Below are positions 45,766 through 54,664 of a stretch of DNA of 64,000 bases, in pieces (position 1 is the stretch's first letter; each line of letters starts with the position of its first letter). The position numbers and the translations under genes are program-made. The notes beneath the pieces were generated by a model. It saw nothing but the letters and a program-made list of their open reading frames with translations, did no database searches and was not told where the DNA came from. The DNA is taken from NCBI GenBank assembly GCA_036834845.1, contig DAITNB010000007.1, positions 28,248 through 92,247 on the forward strand, in the 5' to 3' direction. Source of the stretch: a bacterium (GTDB lineage: Bacteria; Bacteroidota; Ignavibacteria; Kapaibacteriales; Kapaibacteriaceae).

Positions 45766-46554
45766 ATGACGAACCGAGATCTACTCGACACTGCTCTTTG
45801 CGCAGCCCGACGTGCTTCGGATATTCTCCGCAGCGGATTTGGTGGCAACATAGCGGCGTCCACAAAGGAAGGCCGGCACAATCTGGTTACCGAATTCGAT
45901 GTGCGATGCGAACAAGCAATAATCGAGGAACTGCGCCGCGCCACGCCAAATGCAAGCATACTCGCCGAAGAGTCCGGTGCGAGTGGCACTCATGCAGACC
46001 TCCAATGGGTAATCGACCCACTCGATGGTACGGTGAACTTTGCACATGGCTTGCCCATCTTTAGCGTATCTGTTGCTGCGGTTCATAACGGCAGTCCGGT
46101 TTGTGGAGTTGTTATACAACCAATGCTAGGCGAAGAGTTCACGGCTGTTGTTGGAGAGGGGGCATTCCTCAACGGAAGACAACTTCGCGTGTCGGATACC
46201 GCTCCTCTTGGCCAGGCGTTTCTTGTAACGGGATTTCCCTACAACGTGCATACCAATCCGAAGTCCTGCGTTGATCAGTTTGTGCGACTCGTTTCATCGG
46301 GCATACCCATCCGCAGACTTGGCAGTGCCGCGCTCGACTTAGCCTATCTGGCAGCCGGACGTTTCGATGGATACTGGGAGGTGCATTTGAATGCGTGGGA
46401 CATGGCCGCCGGTGTTTTACTCGTTACAGAGGCAGGCGGCACAGTATCGCATTATGGTGGAGAGCGATTCGTGCTTGGTCATAGCAGCATTGTTGCCACC
46501 AACGGCAAGATTCACGATGAGCTTGTACACGTTCTGGCAGAGGCCACCGCATGA
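45766..46554 (+). CDS. suhB: inositol monophosphatase family protein
   Basis: WVIDPLDGTVNFAHGLP and RRLGSAALDLAYLAAGRFDGYWE motifs. Confidence 0.85.
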   Translation: MTNRDLLDTALCAARRASDILRSGFGGNIAASTKEGRHNLVTEFDVRCEQAIIEELRRATPNASILAEESGASGTHADLQWVIDPLDGTVNFAHGLPIFSVSVAAVHNGSPVCGVVIQPMLGEEFTAVVGEGAFLNGRQLRVSDTAPLGQAFLVTGFPYNVHTNPKSCVDQFVRLVSSGIPIRRLGSAALDLAYLAAGRFDGYWEVHLNAWDMAAGVLLVTEAGGTVSHYGGERFVLGHSSIVATNGKIHDELVHVLAEATA

Positions 46555-47336
46555 TTTTCCGTCACATGAGCGGCGCAGGCAACACATTTTTAGTGGCGAA
46601 CGGAGCGAACTCGACCGATTTGTTAACGCCACACAACGTGCGTAGCATTATTGCTGAACATCCGCGCGCAGATGGCAAATCTATCGAAGGAGTTCTTGTG
46701 CTTTCGGCTCTTGGCCCTACGAGTTTTGCCGTGGACTACTACAACCCCGACGGGACACATGGGATGATGTGTGGTAATGGCGCTCGATGCGCCGTACGGT
46801 TTGCTGTAGATAATGGCGTAGATCCGAATGGTACAATTTCGTTTACGCTCAATAATGCCCCCTACCAGGCAGTATATAATCAAACAGGTTCCATCCAGAT
46901 ATTCTTTCCGCCGCCGCTGCACGAACACGTCTATCTTCCCGGCGAGTTAGATACGGTAGACGTGCCAATTCCGTACGTAGACGTAAACTCGGACCACGTT
47001 GTAATCGAGGGTCCCTTAGACGCCAACAGACCAATCGTTGGAATTCTGCGGCATCACAAGATGTTTCCGCGAGGAGCAAATGTGAACATGGTGGAGCAGA
47101 ACGTGGACGGATCCTTCACAATAGCAACATTTGAACGTGGAGTAGAGGCAATTACCGGCGCGTGTGGCACGGGCGCTTTAAGTGCGGCGCTGGTATTATG
47201 GAGGCAAGGAAGGGCAAGCCACCAAGTAACTCTTGTTCCACCGAGCGGACGCAAGCTTGGCGTTACGATTCACCATAATGAGTCTACGGTAACCGGACTT
47301 ACTCTTGAAGGAGATGCACAATATGACGATGTATGA
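46551..47336 (+). CDS. dapF: diaminopimelate epimerase
   Basis: MSGAGNTFLV, with both catalytic Cys contexts (MMCGNGARC and ITGACGTGALSAA). ATGA overlap with the upstream gene. Confidence 0.9.
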   Translation: MIFRHMSGAGNTFLVANGANSTDLLTPHNVRSIIAEHPRADGKSIEGVLVLSALGPTSFAVDYYNPDGTHGMMCGNGARCAVRFAVDNGVDPNGTISFTLNNAPYQAVYNQTGSIQIFFPPPLHEHVYLPGELDTVDVPIPYVDVNSDHVVIEGPLDANRPIVGILRHHKMFPRGANVNMVEQNVDGSFTIATFERGVEAITGACGTGALSAALVLWRQGRASHQVTLVPPSGRKLGVTIHHNESTVTGLTLEGDAQYDDV

Positions 47337-48492
47337 GAGGGCAAAACAGCTCTACCCCGAGATGCTTGAAATTCGCAGACACCTGCATCGTAATCCCGAA
47401 GTGTCGTTCAGAGAATTCGAAACGTCGAAGTACATCTCTCAGCACCTAACTTCGTTGGGAATAGAGCACCGCAGTGTTGCCACTACGGGAATAGTTGCGC
47501 ACATTGGTTCTGGCAGTTCGTGCGTTGCACTTCGCGCAGATATCGACGCGCTTCCAATTACTGAGGAGACAAACCTCCCCTACGCCTCGCAGAATCCCGG
47601 TGTTATGCATGCGTGTGGTCACGACACACACACAACGATGTTGCTCACTGCCGCCAGACTGCTAAAGGAACGGGAAGCAGATCTGGGCGGTGTGGTAAAG
47701 CTGCTGTTTCAACCAGGCGAAGAAAAATCCCCCGGTGGGGCGAGCATTATGATTGCAGAGGGGGCTCTTGAGAATCCCACACCACAGATCATGTTTGGCC
47801 AGCATATAAACCCAGACGCCCCCTGCGGAGAAGTATCGTTTGTTGCCGGACCCATGATGGCCTCGGCCGATGAATTGTATTGGACCATTCGTGGCTTTGG
47901 TGCACACGCAGCGCAGCCACACAAGGGTAAGGATCCCATCTTGGCTGCTACCGGCCTTGTGCAGCATCTGCAGTCGCTTATTACGAAACACCGCAATCCA
48001 CTTCACCCCGGTGTGTTAACTATAACGTCAATCCATGGCGGTACCGCTACAAACATCATTCCCGACGTAGTGGAGATGAAGGGCACCCTTCGCTCGTTCG
48101 ATGCAGAATGGCGGGAGATTGCCTGGAAATATCTCGAAGAACAGACCTCGGCGTATTGCGCGCTACACGGATGTGAGGGGGCTATCGAAATCCTCAAGGG
48201 TTATCCACCACTCGTAAATGATTCCGGTGCTGTGGAGTTTGCTCGGGGTGTTGCCAACGCTGTGTTTGGCTCGAAGAAGGTTTCTGATTTCGAACCAAAG
48301 ATGTGGGCGGAAGACTTCAGCTTCTATACCGAACGGATGCCGGCCTGTTTCTGGATGCTTGGCGGACGCCCCCCGTTGGAAGTACGCATGCCGGGCTTGC
48401 ATAACCCACGTTTTGCTCCAGACGAAGAGGCCATGATTGTGGGATCGGCACTGCTTGCGGAAACCGCCGTGCAGTTCTTACAGCGTGGATAG
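47323..48492 (+). CDS. M20-family amidohydrolase (N-acyl-L-amino-acid amidohydrolase/hippuricase type)
   Basis: IRRHLHRNPEVSFRE, ALRADIDALPI, MHACGHDTH, LLFQPGEE. The start is ambiguous among ATGs at 47305, 47323 and 47329. Confidence 0.85.
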   Translation: MTMYERAKQLYPEMLEIRRHLHRNPEVSFREFETSKYISQHLTSLGIEHRSVATTGIVAHIGSGSSCVALRADIDALPITEETNLPYASQNPGVMHACGHDTHTTMLLTAARLLKEREADLGGVVKLLFQPGEEKSPGGASIMIAEGALENPTPQIMFGQHINPDAPCGEVSFVAGPMMASADELYWTIRGFGAHAAQPHKGKDPILAATGLVQHLQSLITKHRNPLHPGVLTITSIHGGTATNIIPDVVEMKGTLRSFDAEWREIAWKYLEEQTSAYCALHGCEGAIEILKGYPPLVNDSGAVEFARGVANAVFGSKKVSDFEPKMWAEDFSFYTERMPACFWMLGGRPPLEVRMPGLHNPRFAPDEEAMIVGSALLAETAVQFLQRG

Positions 48493-48518
48493 GCGATAGG
48501 TGCCCAATCTGTGCGCTG

Positions 48519-49064
48519 CTAGAAGCTGTATCCAACGGAGAACTGCGTTACGTTCACATTTACGTCTCCGTCGAATGACGTAGAGATCGTTGATAAGCCG
48601 CGCAGATACCGAAGATCGAACTGCAGATTTAACGCCGGCTTCCAGATTGCCCCGATCACTGCAAATCCCTGTCCATCCGTGGTAGTAGCATCTTTCGAAC
48701 CAACATAGTGTGTGTATTGCGGTCCAAGTTCTAGCATGAGCTTAAGCGGCAGACCGATGCGCAACAAGACTGGTAGATTTATCGAGGTAGTGGCCACATC
48801 AGTCGACGTGCCATTCTGCGTAAGTGTAAACGATCGTTGGTCAAATGTGAGCTCGCAACCCAGTGCAATGAGATCGAAGAGTCCAACCTGCAAAAAGCCC
48901 CCTGCCTGCCAACCGAAATTGTCTGTACTCACTATTCCATCAGCCAAACTATTTGGGAACGTGTGATTAGTGCCTGTCTTGAGACCAAACTCGAAGAGCT
49001 GTTGCGCCGACGCACCGCCGGCGATTGCCAACATGGCTACAATTACAAGGATCGAACGGTTCAC
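48519..49064 (-). CDS. small outer-membrane beta-barrel protein (OMP_b-brl_2/PorT-like fold)
   Basis: The GTG start gives the leader (M)NRSILVIVAMLAIAGGASAQQ. Alternating beta-strand pattern, C-terminal ...VTQFSVGYSF. The upstream part of the ORF was judged non-coding. Confidence 0.55.
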   Translation of the reverse strand: MNRSILVIVAMLAIAGGASAQQLFEFGLKTGTNHTFPNSLADGIVSTDNFGWQAGGFLQVGLFDLIALGCELTFDQRSFTLTQNGTSTDVATTSINLPVLLRIGLPLKLMLELGPQYTHYVGSKDATTTDGQGFAVIGAIWKPALNLQFDLRYLRGLSTISTSFDGDVNVNVTQFSVGYSF

Positions 49065-49105
49065 GCATGCCCCATAGAAAATATTGGCCGATGAATTAGG
49101 CGAAT

Positions 49106-50347
49106 TTAGGCAAGGCGATCGCTGATCGATGCGGCACGCAGGGTAAAAATCGTTATCTCTGGTGGAATGCCGATCCGAAGTGGTGGTCCCACGGTACCAA
49201 TTCCACGGTTTACGTAGAGATATTGATCTGCCTCTGCATACAGACCTGCCCACTGCTTGTAAACGTATTGTGCCGGACTCCATTCAAAACCAAGAAGCTG
49301 CACGCCGAACTGTCCACCATGTGTGTGACCAGAAAGCATAAGATTCACTGGTTGAGATCCACGGATTGCAGCATCCCAATAGGTTGGATCGTGCGCCAGA
49401 AGAATCGTTGTTTGATCTTCTTCCGTGCCACGAAGTGCTTTATCTATCCGTGCGAAATTTTGTTTAAAGCCCGTATTGTCTGTTCCGGCAACAACAATCG
49501 ACGAACCGCCAACCGTTATTGTTCTGTGCTCGTTTATAAGCAAATCAATGCCGGTTGATCGAATTGTGCGAATGAGTTCTTGATGTTGCTGGGGAGTGTT
49601 ATAATGGTCGTGATTTCCAAGTGAGGCAATCACTCCCAATGGTGCCTTTAGTTTCTGCATTTCCGCAGTGATAAGACTGAGTTCACTGGGTGTGGCGTTT
49701 ACAAAGTCGCCAGTGATGGTAAGGAGGTCGGCTTTCGATGCAGCAATTAATCTACGAACCTCCTGGAACGGTCTGTGGTCTGGAAACGATCCGGCATGGA
49801 TATCAGAAATCTGCGCAATGCGAATACCGTCGAAGGAACGTGGCAGATTGGATATCGGTACATCAACCTCAATTACCTGAAAGTCGTAAATCGTGCGCCA
49901 CATGCCATTACCAACCAAAACGTATGGCACAGAGGCCATACCCCAGGCGGCCTTTCCAAGAAACGCCCTTCGAGAGTCCTCCGGTGGAACGTTATTCGAG
50001 GTGTCTGAAGACTTTGTTCTTGTCCATGAGATCTTCCGCACAAGTTGGAACAAATCTCGCACCAGCAAAACTGGTGCGATGCCAATCTTTGGTAAGTACC
50101 AGAGAGTAACGATTCCAAAGAGCACAACTTCAAAGCCATCAAGCCGGAAGAAGTGACGCCGAAGTACAACAGTCCAGTACAACCCCATCATAACGATGGA
50201 GAGAAGCACAACGGCTCGGTACCACCACCGATTGAGTGAATGGCGCAAAACGTATGCACGCCAGTGTCCTATAACATACGCATCGAGCAAAAGGAACACC
50301 GCTCCGAGTATGCTCGAAAACAGAAAGATATTCGGTTGTTGGCTCAT
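49106..50347 (-). CDS. membrane-anchored metallophosphoesterase (calcineurin-like)
   Basis: N-terminal TM helices, then ISDIHAG, TGDFVN, GNHDH, LLAHDP, SGHTHGGQ. Confidence 0.85.
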   Translation of the reverse strand: MSQQPNIFLFSSILGAVFLLLDAYVIGHWRAYVLRHSLNRWWYRAVVLLSIVMMGLYWTVVLRRHFFRLDGFEVVLFGIVTLWYLPKIGIAPVLLVRDLFQLVRKISWTRTKSSDTSNNVPPEDSRRAFLGKAAWGMASVPYVLVGNGMWRTIYDFQVIEVDVPISNLPRSFDGIRIAQISDIHAGSFPDHRPFQEVRRLIAASKADLLTITGDFVNATPSELSLITAEMQKLKAPLGVIASLGNHDHYNTPQQHQELIRTIRSTGIDLLINEHRTITVGGSSIVVAGTDNTGFKQNFARIDKALRGTEEDQTTILLAHDPTYWDAAIRGSQPVNLMLSGHTHGGQFGVQLLGFEWSPAQYVYKQWAGLYAEADQYLYVNRGIGTVGPPLRIGIPPEITIFTLRAASISDRLA

Positions 50348-51225
50348 GTATTCGCAGGTGGTGAAAGAGCAATGAAGAGCGCATCTGCCTCGGCCACAAT
50401 CCTTGTTGGATCATCCGAGGCCCGTATCTCCGCATTGACGTATTTCTTTCGTCCTTCTTGCGAACTAATCCACGAGCGTACCTCATACTCCTTGCCAACC
50501 AGCATAGGTTGACGGAAGTTTACAGACAACCGAGCGGTTGGTGCGCGTATGCCCAATACACTGAGTGCCTTGCCCATCGTTTCGTCTAACAGCAGCGAAA
50601 CAAAGCCACCATGCGTAGTGCCAAGCGCCCCCTGCATCCTTTCGTCGGGCTTCAGCCATGTTTGAATTGTGCCGTGAACACGATTGTGCACAAAGGAGAG
50701 TAAGAGCGACGAAGGATTAGCTCCTCCGCATCCCACACAACCATTTTCTCTGCGTGGACGAAGAATGGAGATCGCATTGCGCTGGTGCAGTGGGAGCAGG
50801 GGTATCCGTTGGATGCGGAATGGATCTACGAATGCGTAATACGGACCCCACGGTTCAATTGCCTGCGCAACTTCGGTGGCTACCGACGGTACGAGCCGAG
50901 CAAACTCACCCAGTGTGGCTCCGTGGTAGAGCACTCCCTCTTCCGAGTATGCAAGTCTGTCTGGGTAAAAGGGAACCGATAGGGTTGAAGCATACAACAA
51001 ACGTCCTTCAGACAAACCAGTGTACACTATAGGCGTGTCGGCCGGACGCAGATAGTTCATTTCGTCTCCACAGCGGCACACATACGGATACTCCGGGTAC
51101 TCCGGATTCGCCGTGGGGGCGAGGCGACGAAAGAAGAAGTCGAGAAACCACGGGTCGTCCTGCAAGGCCCCATCTAAAAGGAGCTCTCCCCTTTCGGTTA
51201 ACTCGTAGTAATAGTCCCGCATCAC
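50344..51225 (-). CDS. DUF4505/UPF0598-like domain fused to PaaI-type hotdog thioesterase
   Basis: N-terminal half: YYELTERGELLLDG...WFLDFFFRRL...YVCRCGDEMNYLRPADTPIVYT. C-terminal half: LGTTHGGFVSLLLDETMG, typical of PaaI/4HBT thioesterases. GTG-ATG start overlapping the argS stop. Confidence 0.7.
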   Translation of the reverse strand: MMRDYYYELTERGELLLDGALQDDPWFLDFFFRRLAPTANPEYPEYPYVCRCGDEMNYLRPADTPIVYTGLSEGRLLYASTLSVPFYPDRLAYSEEGVLYHGATLGEFARLVPSVATEVAQAIEPWGPYYAFVDPFRIQRIPLLPLHQRNAISILRPRRENGCVGCGGANPSSLLLSFVHNRVHGTIQTWLKPDERMQGALGTTHGGFVSLLLDETMGKALSVLGIRAPTARLSVNFRQPMLVGKEYEVRSWISSQEGRKKYVNAEIRASDDPTRIVAEADALFIALSPPANT

Positions 51226-52868
51226 ATTCTATCAGGCGTTGATACTCCAAGAAGGAGCAAGCCATTTCTCATTGCCCGCCGTGTTACATCTGCAAGCACC
51301 AAACGGGCGCGCTCAAGATGCTCTTCCGAACCAAGGATGCGGCAGTCGTGATAGAAGTTATGATAGGCACCAGCAAGATCTCGCAGAAACTCTGCGATGG
51401 TGTGTGGCTCTACGTTTTCGCATGCGCGTTCAATGGCAGACCTCATCCGAGACAGCATACCAATGAGTTCGATTTCTTTTGGATGTGTTAGAACAGAAAG
51501 ATCTGCATCAGGGTTAACTGCTAGCCCCTTCTCCTCTGCCTTTCGCAGGATAGAACAGATCCGAGCATGGGCGTATTGCAAATAGAACACCGGATTTTTG
51601 TCGCCCTCTTCCTTCGCTAGTCCAAGGTCGAAATCGAGATGCGTTCCCACGGCGCGCATGATGAAGAAGTACCGCACAACGTCGGCCCCAACCTCGTCTA
51701 TAAGTTCGTCGAGTGTGAACGACTTGCCGCTGCGCTTCGAGAACTTAACCACTTCGCCATTCTCTATGAAGGTTACCATTTGGTGGATTACAACCTTCAC
51801 TCGGTCTGTTTCGAAGCCAAGAGCTTTTACGCCGGCAAGAACGTCGGGTATTGTGGCAATGTGATCCGCACCGAAGATGTCTACAACAACGTCGTACCCT
51901 CGCTGCAGCTTGTCGCGATGATACGCGATATCGGGCAGGCGATACGTTGGTTCGCCGGTTGACTTCACAATTACTTTGTCTTGCTGCAGACCAAGCTCTG
52001 TTAACGCCAGCCACGTAGCTCCATCTTTTTCGTATACGAGACCCTTGTTAGACAAGGCCTCTACCGTTTCGGCAACTTTGCCATCTGCGTAGAGCGAATC
52101 TTCATTGAAATACTCATCATGATGAATGTTAAGCTCGGTAAGCGTCTTCTTGATTGAAGCAAAACACCATTCTTCACCCTTTTTTCTGCAGAACGAACGG
52201 GCACTTGCTTCATCCATCGCGGTTACTTCGTCTCGATGGTGGTCTGCAATGAAACTCGCTACTTCGTGAATATATTCACCATGGTATCCATCTTCCGGAA
52301 ACGGAAAGGCCTCGTTCCCCAAACGATGTTGGAGACGAGCATAGATGCTCTCTCCAAGTTTGTTCATTTGGTTGCCGGCGTTATTGAAATAGTACTCTCG
52401 TATTACGGAGTAGCCCGACCACTCAAAGAGATTTGCAATGGTATCGCCAACGGCACAATTCCGTCCGTGTCCGGCATGCAGGGGGCCCGTGGGATTCGCA
52501 CTCACATACTCCACATTCACGCGCTTTCCTTCCCCCATCGCAGACTTACCAATGGCATCGCCCAGCGATTCTAACTCGCGCAGCATTACGTGATATACTT
52601 CGTTGGCGAACGTAATGTTAATAAAGCCGGGTCCGGCAACGGCTAAGCCAGAAACTAAAGGAACCGATCCCATGGCAGAGATAAGGTCCTCGGCGAACAC
52701 GCGGGGCTGTTTTCCAAGCTGCTTGGCTAACAACATGGCGATGTTCGTAGAGAGATGTCCATGATCTGCCTGTTTGGGGACACCAAACGCCAACGGAGTT
52801 TGCGAGTCCACGCCGAATTTGGCCAGAGCCGCGCGCATGTGGGGCTCTATGTACTTCTGCATCATCAT
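51222..52868 (-). CDS. argS: arginine--tRNA ligase
   Basis: SANPTGPLHAGHGRN (HIGH region), KFSKRSGK (KMSKS-like), and a DALR anticodon-binding C-terminus. Confidence 0.95.
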   Translation of the reverse strand: MMMQKYIEPHMRAALAKFGVDSQTPLAFGVPKQADHGHLSTNIAMLLAKQLGKQPRVFAEDLISAMGSVPLVSGLAVAGPGFINITFANEVYHVMLRELESLGDAIGKSAMGEGKRVNVEYVSANPTGPLHAGHGRNCAVGDTIANLFEWSGYSVIREYYFNNAGNQMNKLGESIYARLQHRLGNEAFPFPEDGYHGEYIHEVASFIADHHRDEVTAMDEASARSFCRKKGEEWCFASIKKTLTELNIHHDEYFNEDSLYADGKVAETVEALSNKGLVYEKDGATWLALTELGLQQDKVIVKSTGEPTYRLPDIAYHRDKLQRGYDVVVDIFGADHIATIPDVLAGVKALGFETDRVKVVIHQMVTFIENGEVVKFSKRSGKSFTLDELIDEVGADVVRYFFIMRAVGTHLDFDLGLAKEEGDKNPVFYLQYAHARICSILRKAEEKGLAVNPDADLSVLTHPKEIELIGMLSRMRSAIERACENVEPHTIAEFLRDLAGAYHNFYHDCRILGSEEHLERARLVLADVTRRAMRNGLLLLGVSTPDRM

Positions 52869-53284
52869 AACTTCGCTACGGTGCGTTTAGATGTTAACGT
52901 TGTTGCCTTGGCGGCGCCTTTTTCTGTAAGGGTATACGCCTTTGCGTCGCCCCATAAACGTTCCAGCTTGTAGAAGTCTCTCGTGGTTGCCACCATGATG
53001 TGCATTACTACGTCGAAGTAGTCGAGAATCACCCACGAAGATGTACCTCTGCCTTCCGTTCGGGGAGATCCCAAGCCAATTTCTTTCACCGATGATTCAA
53101 CGTGATCTGAAACGGCTTTGAGTTGGGCCTCGGAGTCTACCGACACGATAACAAAGTAATCTGCAGGAGCTGCCTCAATCTCTCCTAAGTCTAATATGAG
53201 GAGATTGCTTGCTTGTTTCTCTTGAGCCAAGCGAGCGCAGAGCACTGCTCTTCCTTTAGTGGTCCTGGGTTTAGAATTCGCCAC
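52865..53284 (-). CDS. rsfS: ribosome silencing factor
   Basis: 139 aa with ILDLGEI...ADYFVIVS and WVILDYFDVVMHIM...FYKLERLW motifs. GTG start. Confidence 0.85.
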   Translation of the reverse strand: MANSKPRTTKGRAVLCARLAQEKQASNLLILDLGEIEAAPADYFVIVSVDSEAQLKAVSDHVESSVKEIGLGSPRTEGRGTSSWVILDYFDVVMHIMVATTRDFYKLERLWGDAKAYTLTEKGAAKATTLTSKRTVAKL

Positions 53285-53332
53285 GAATCTGATCTTTCAT
53301 AGGTGCCAAACAGCAAAAAATGGGGAACAACA

Positions 53333-53770
53333 TCATTTTGAGAAGGGTTCGAGAGCTTCAACATCTGTGCCGAGAACAACGGTTGCACGCACAAACAACA
53401 TAGAATCGATTTCTGTCTGGACAAGAGAGTCTGCAATGCCGATTGCCGCAGCAACCTTAAGCGCAGAGAGCTTATCGCCCATTCTGTCTACAACATACGA
53501 TGCGGTTGTAGGGTTGGCCGACGTGCTAATCTCTACAACGTCGAATCCACGGTTCCGCAAAAACTTCATAAGCGTTCGTCCGGCCCCATTACGACCCGAT
53601 GCGTTAACAACATCCACCTGTATAACGCTGCGTGCATCATTCTCGTTTGCCAAAGGCGACACGGGAGGATTGAGCATCCTCAACAATAGCGACGCAAGAA
53701 AAACAACAACCACGAGTGCGAGAGTGCCGATAACAATCCAGGGCCATGCAGACCTTCTCGCAGGGGTCAT
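53333..53770 (-). CDS. membrane-anchored LytR_C domain protein
   Basis: A single TM (WIVIGTLALVVVVFLASLLL) followed by IQVDVVNASGRNGAGRTLMKFLRNRGFDVV. ATGA overlap with the sigma-factor gene. Confidence 0.7.
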   Translation of the reverse strand: MTPARRSAWPWIVIGTLALVVVVFLASLLLRMLNPPVSPLANENDARSVIQVDVVNASGRNGAGRTLMKFLRNRGFDVVEISTSANPTTASYVVDRMGDKLSALKVAAAIGIADSLVQTEIDSMLFVRATVVLGTDVEALEPFSK

Positions 53771-54411
53771 GAATTCGAACCGTCGGAGTCTTTGAGGTAC
53801 TCTTCAAAGTGCGAACCGTGTTTCATGAGCAGGTTGTAAAGCATTTTTCGTGCTCGGAAGAGATTCGCTTTTACTGTGCCAAGGGGCTGACCCAGTTTGT
53901 CGGCAATTTCTTGATACTCGAGCTCTTCGTCGTGCCGCATTCGAATTACCTCGCGATACCGCTCCGGAATTGCAGCGATGGCCTCCCGAAGCAATCGAAC
54001 GCGCTCGTTAGCCAAAAGCGTTACATCTGGCGTTGGATCATTGTCAGCCGGTTCCATGAAAAACTCGCCACCGTCCTTGCCCCGAAGGGGAGCATCGATG
54101 GAAGACATGGCAAACCGCTTACGCCGGAGATGGTCGATGCAACGGTTCGAGGCGATTTTGTAGAGCCAACGGGAGAACGGGTACTCGAACTGGAACGACG
54201 GCAAACCCTGAAATGCCTTCACGAATACGTCTTGCACGAGGTCGTTCACGTCCTCCTCATCCCGAATCATCTTCCGAATGAGATACGTAACGATCCTTCG
54301 GTACTTCCGCTCAAGCGCACCGAAAGCGTTCACGTTGCCGGCAAGCACCTCGCGGATCACGTTTTCGTCTTCCGCAGAAGATTCCGCCGCCTGCTGCGGA
54401 GTGTCGGTCAT
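53767..54411 (-). CDS. sigma-70 family (group 4/ECF-like) RNA polymerase sigma factor
   Basis: Region 2 (DVNDLVQDVFVKAFQGL, WLYKIASNRCIDHLR) and region 4.2 HTH (LEYQEIADKLGQPLGTVKANLFRARKML). Confidence 0.85.
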   Translation of the reverse strand: MTDTPQQAAESSAEDENVIREVLAGNVNAFGALERKYRRIVTYLIRKMIRDEEDVNDLVQDVFVKAFQGLPSFQFEYPFSRWLYKIASNRCIDHLRRKRFAMSSIDAPLRGKDGGEFFMEPADNDPTPDVTLLANERVRLLREAIAAIPERYREVIRMRHDEELEYQEIADKLGQPLGTVKANLFRARKMLYNLLMKHGSHFEEYLKDSDGSNS

Positions 54412-54462
54412 GTATCACTCATTAATGCGAACGCCACCGAAATCGACCATTACTTTCATGAG

Positions 54463-54549
54463 CGGAAAGGGCGGGATTCGAACCCGCGGTACCGTTACCG
54501 GTACACACGCTTTCCAGGCGTGCCAATTCAACCACTCTTGCACCTTTCC
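54463..54549 (-). tRNA. tRNA-Ser (anticodon GGA)
   Basis: Folded by hand: acceptor GGAAAGG/CCTTTCC; anticodon stem CACGC/GCGTG with loop CTGGAAA; long variable arm GTACCG-GTAA-CGGTAC; T arm GCGGG-TTCGAAT-CCCGC; discriminator G. CCA is not encoded. Confidence 0.9.
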
Positions 54550-54664
54550 GAGACGTGCAATATACGGTAGCTTCCGGTAACAAACAGGGTGGTTTTCGGT
54601 TATTGCTTCGGTACATTTGCCTGTTGCATTCTGCATAGTATGGCAAGAGTGTATCCAAAACACT

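Noticed and set aside
54463-54549. tRNA-Ser as an attachment site for a genomic island carrying the vWA giant genes
   Set aside because: The tRNA 3' end faces the sigma-factor operon, not the giant genes. No integrase is adjacent. I saw no duplicated copy of the tRNA 3' segment in the window by eye, though this was not an exhaustive computation.
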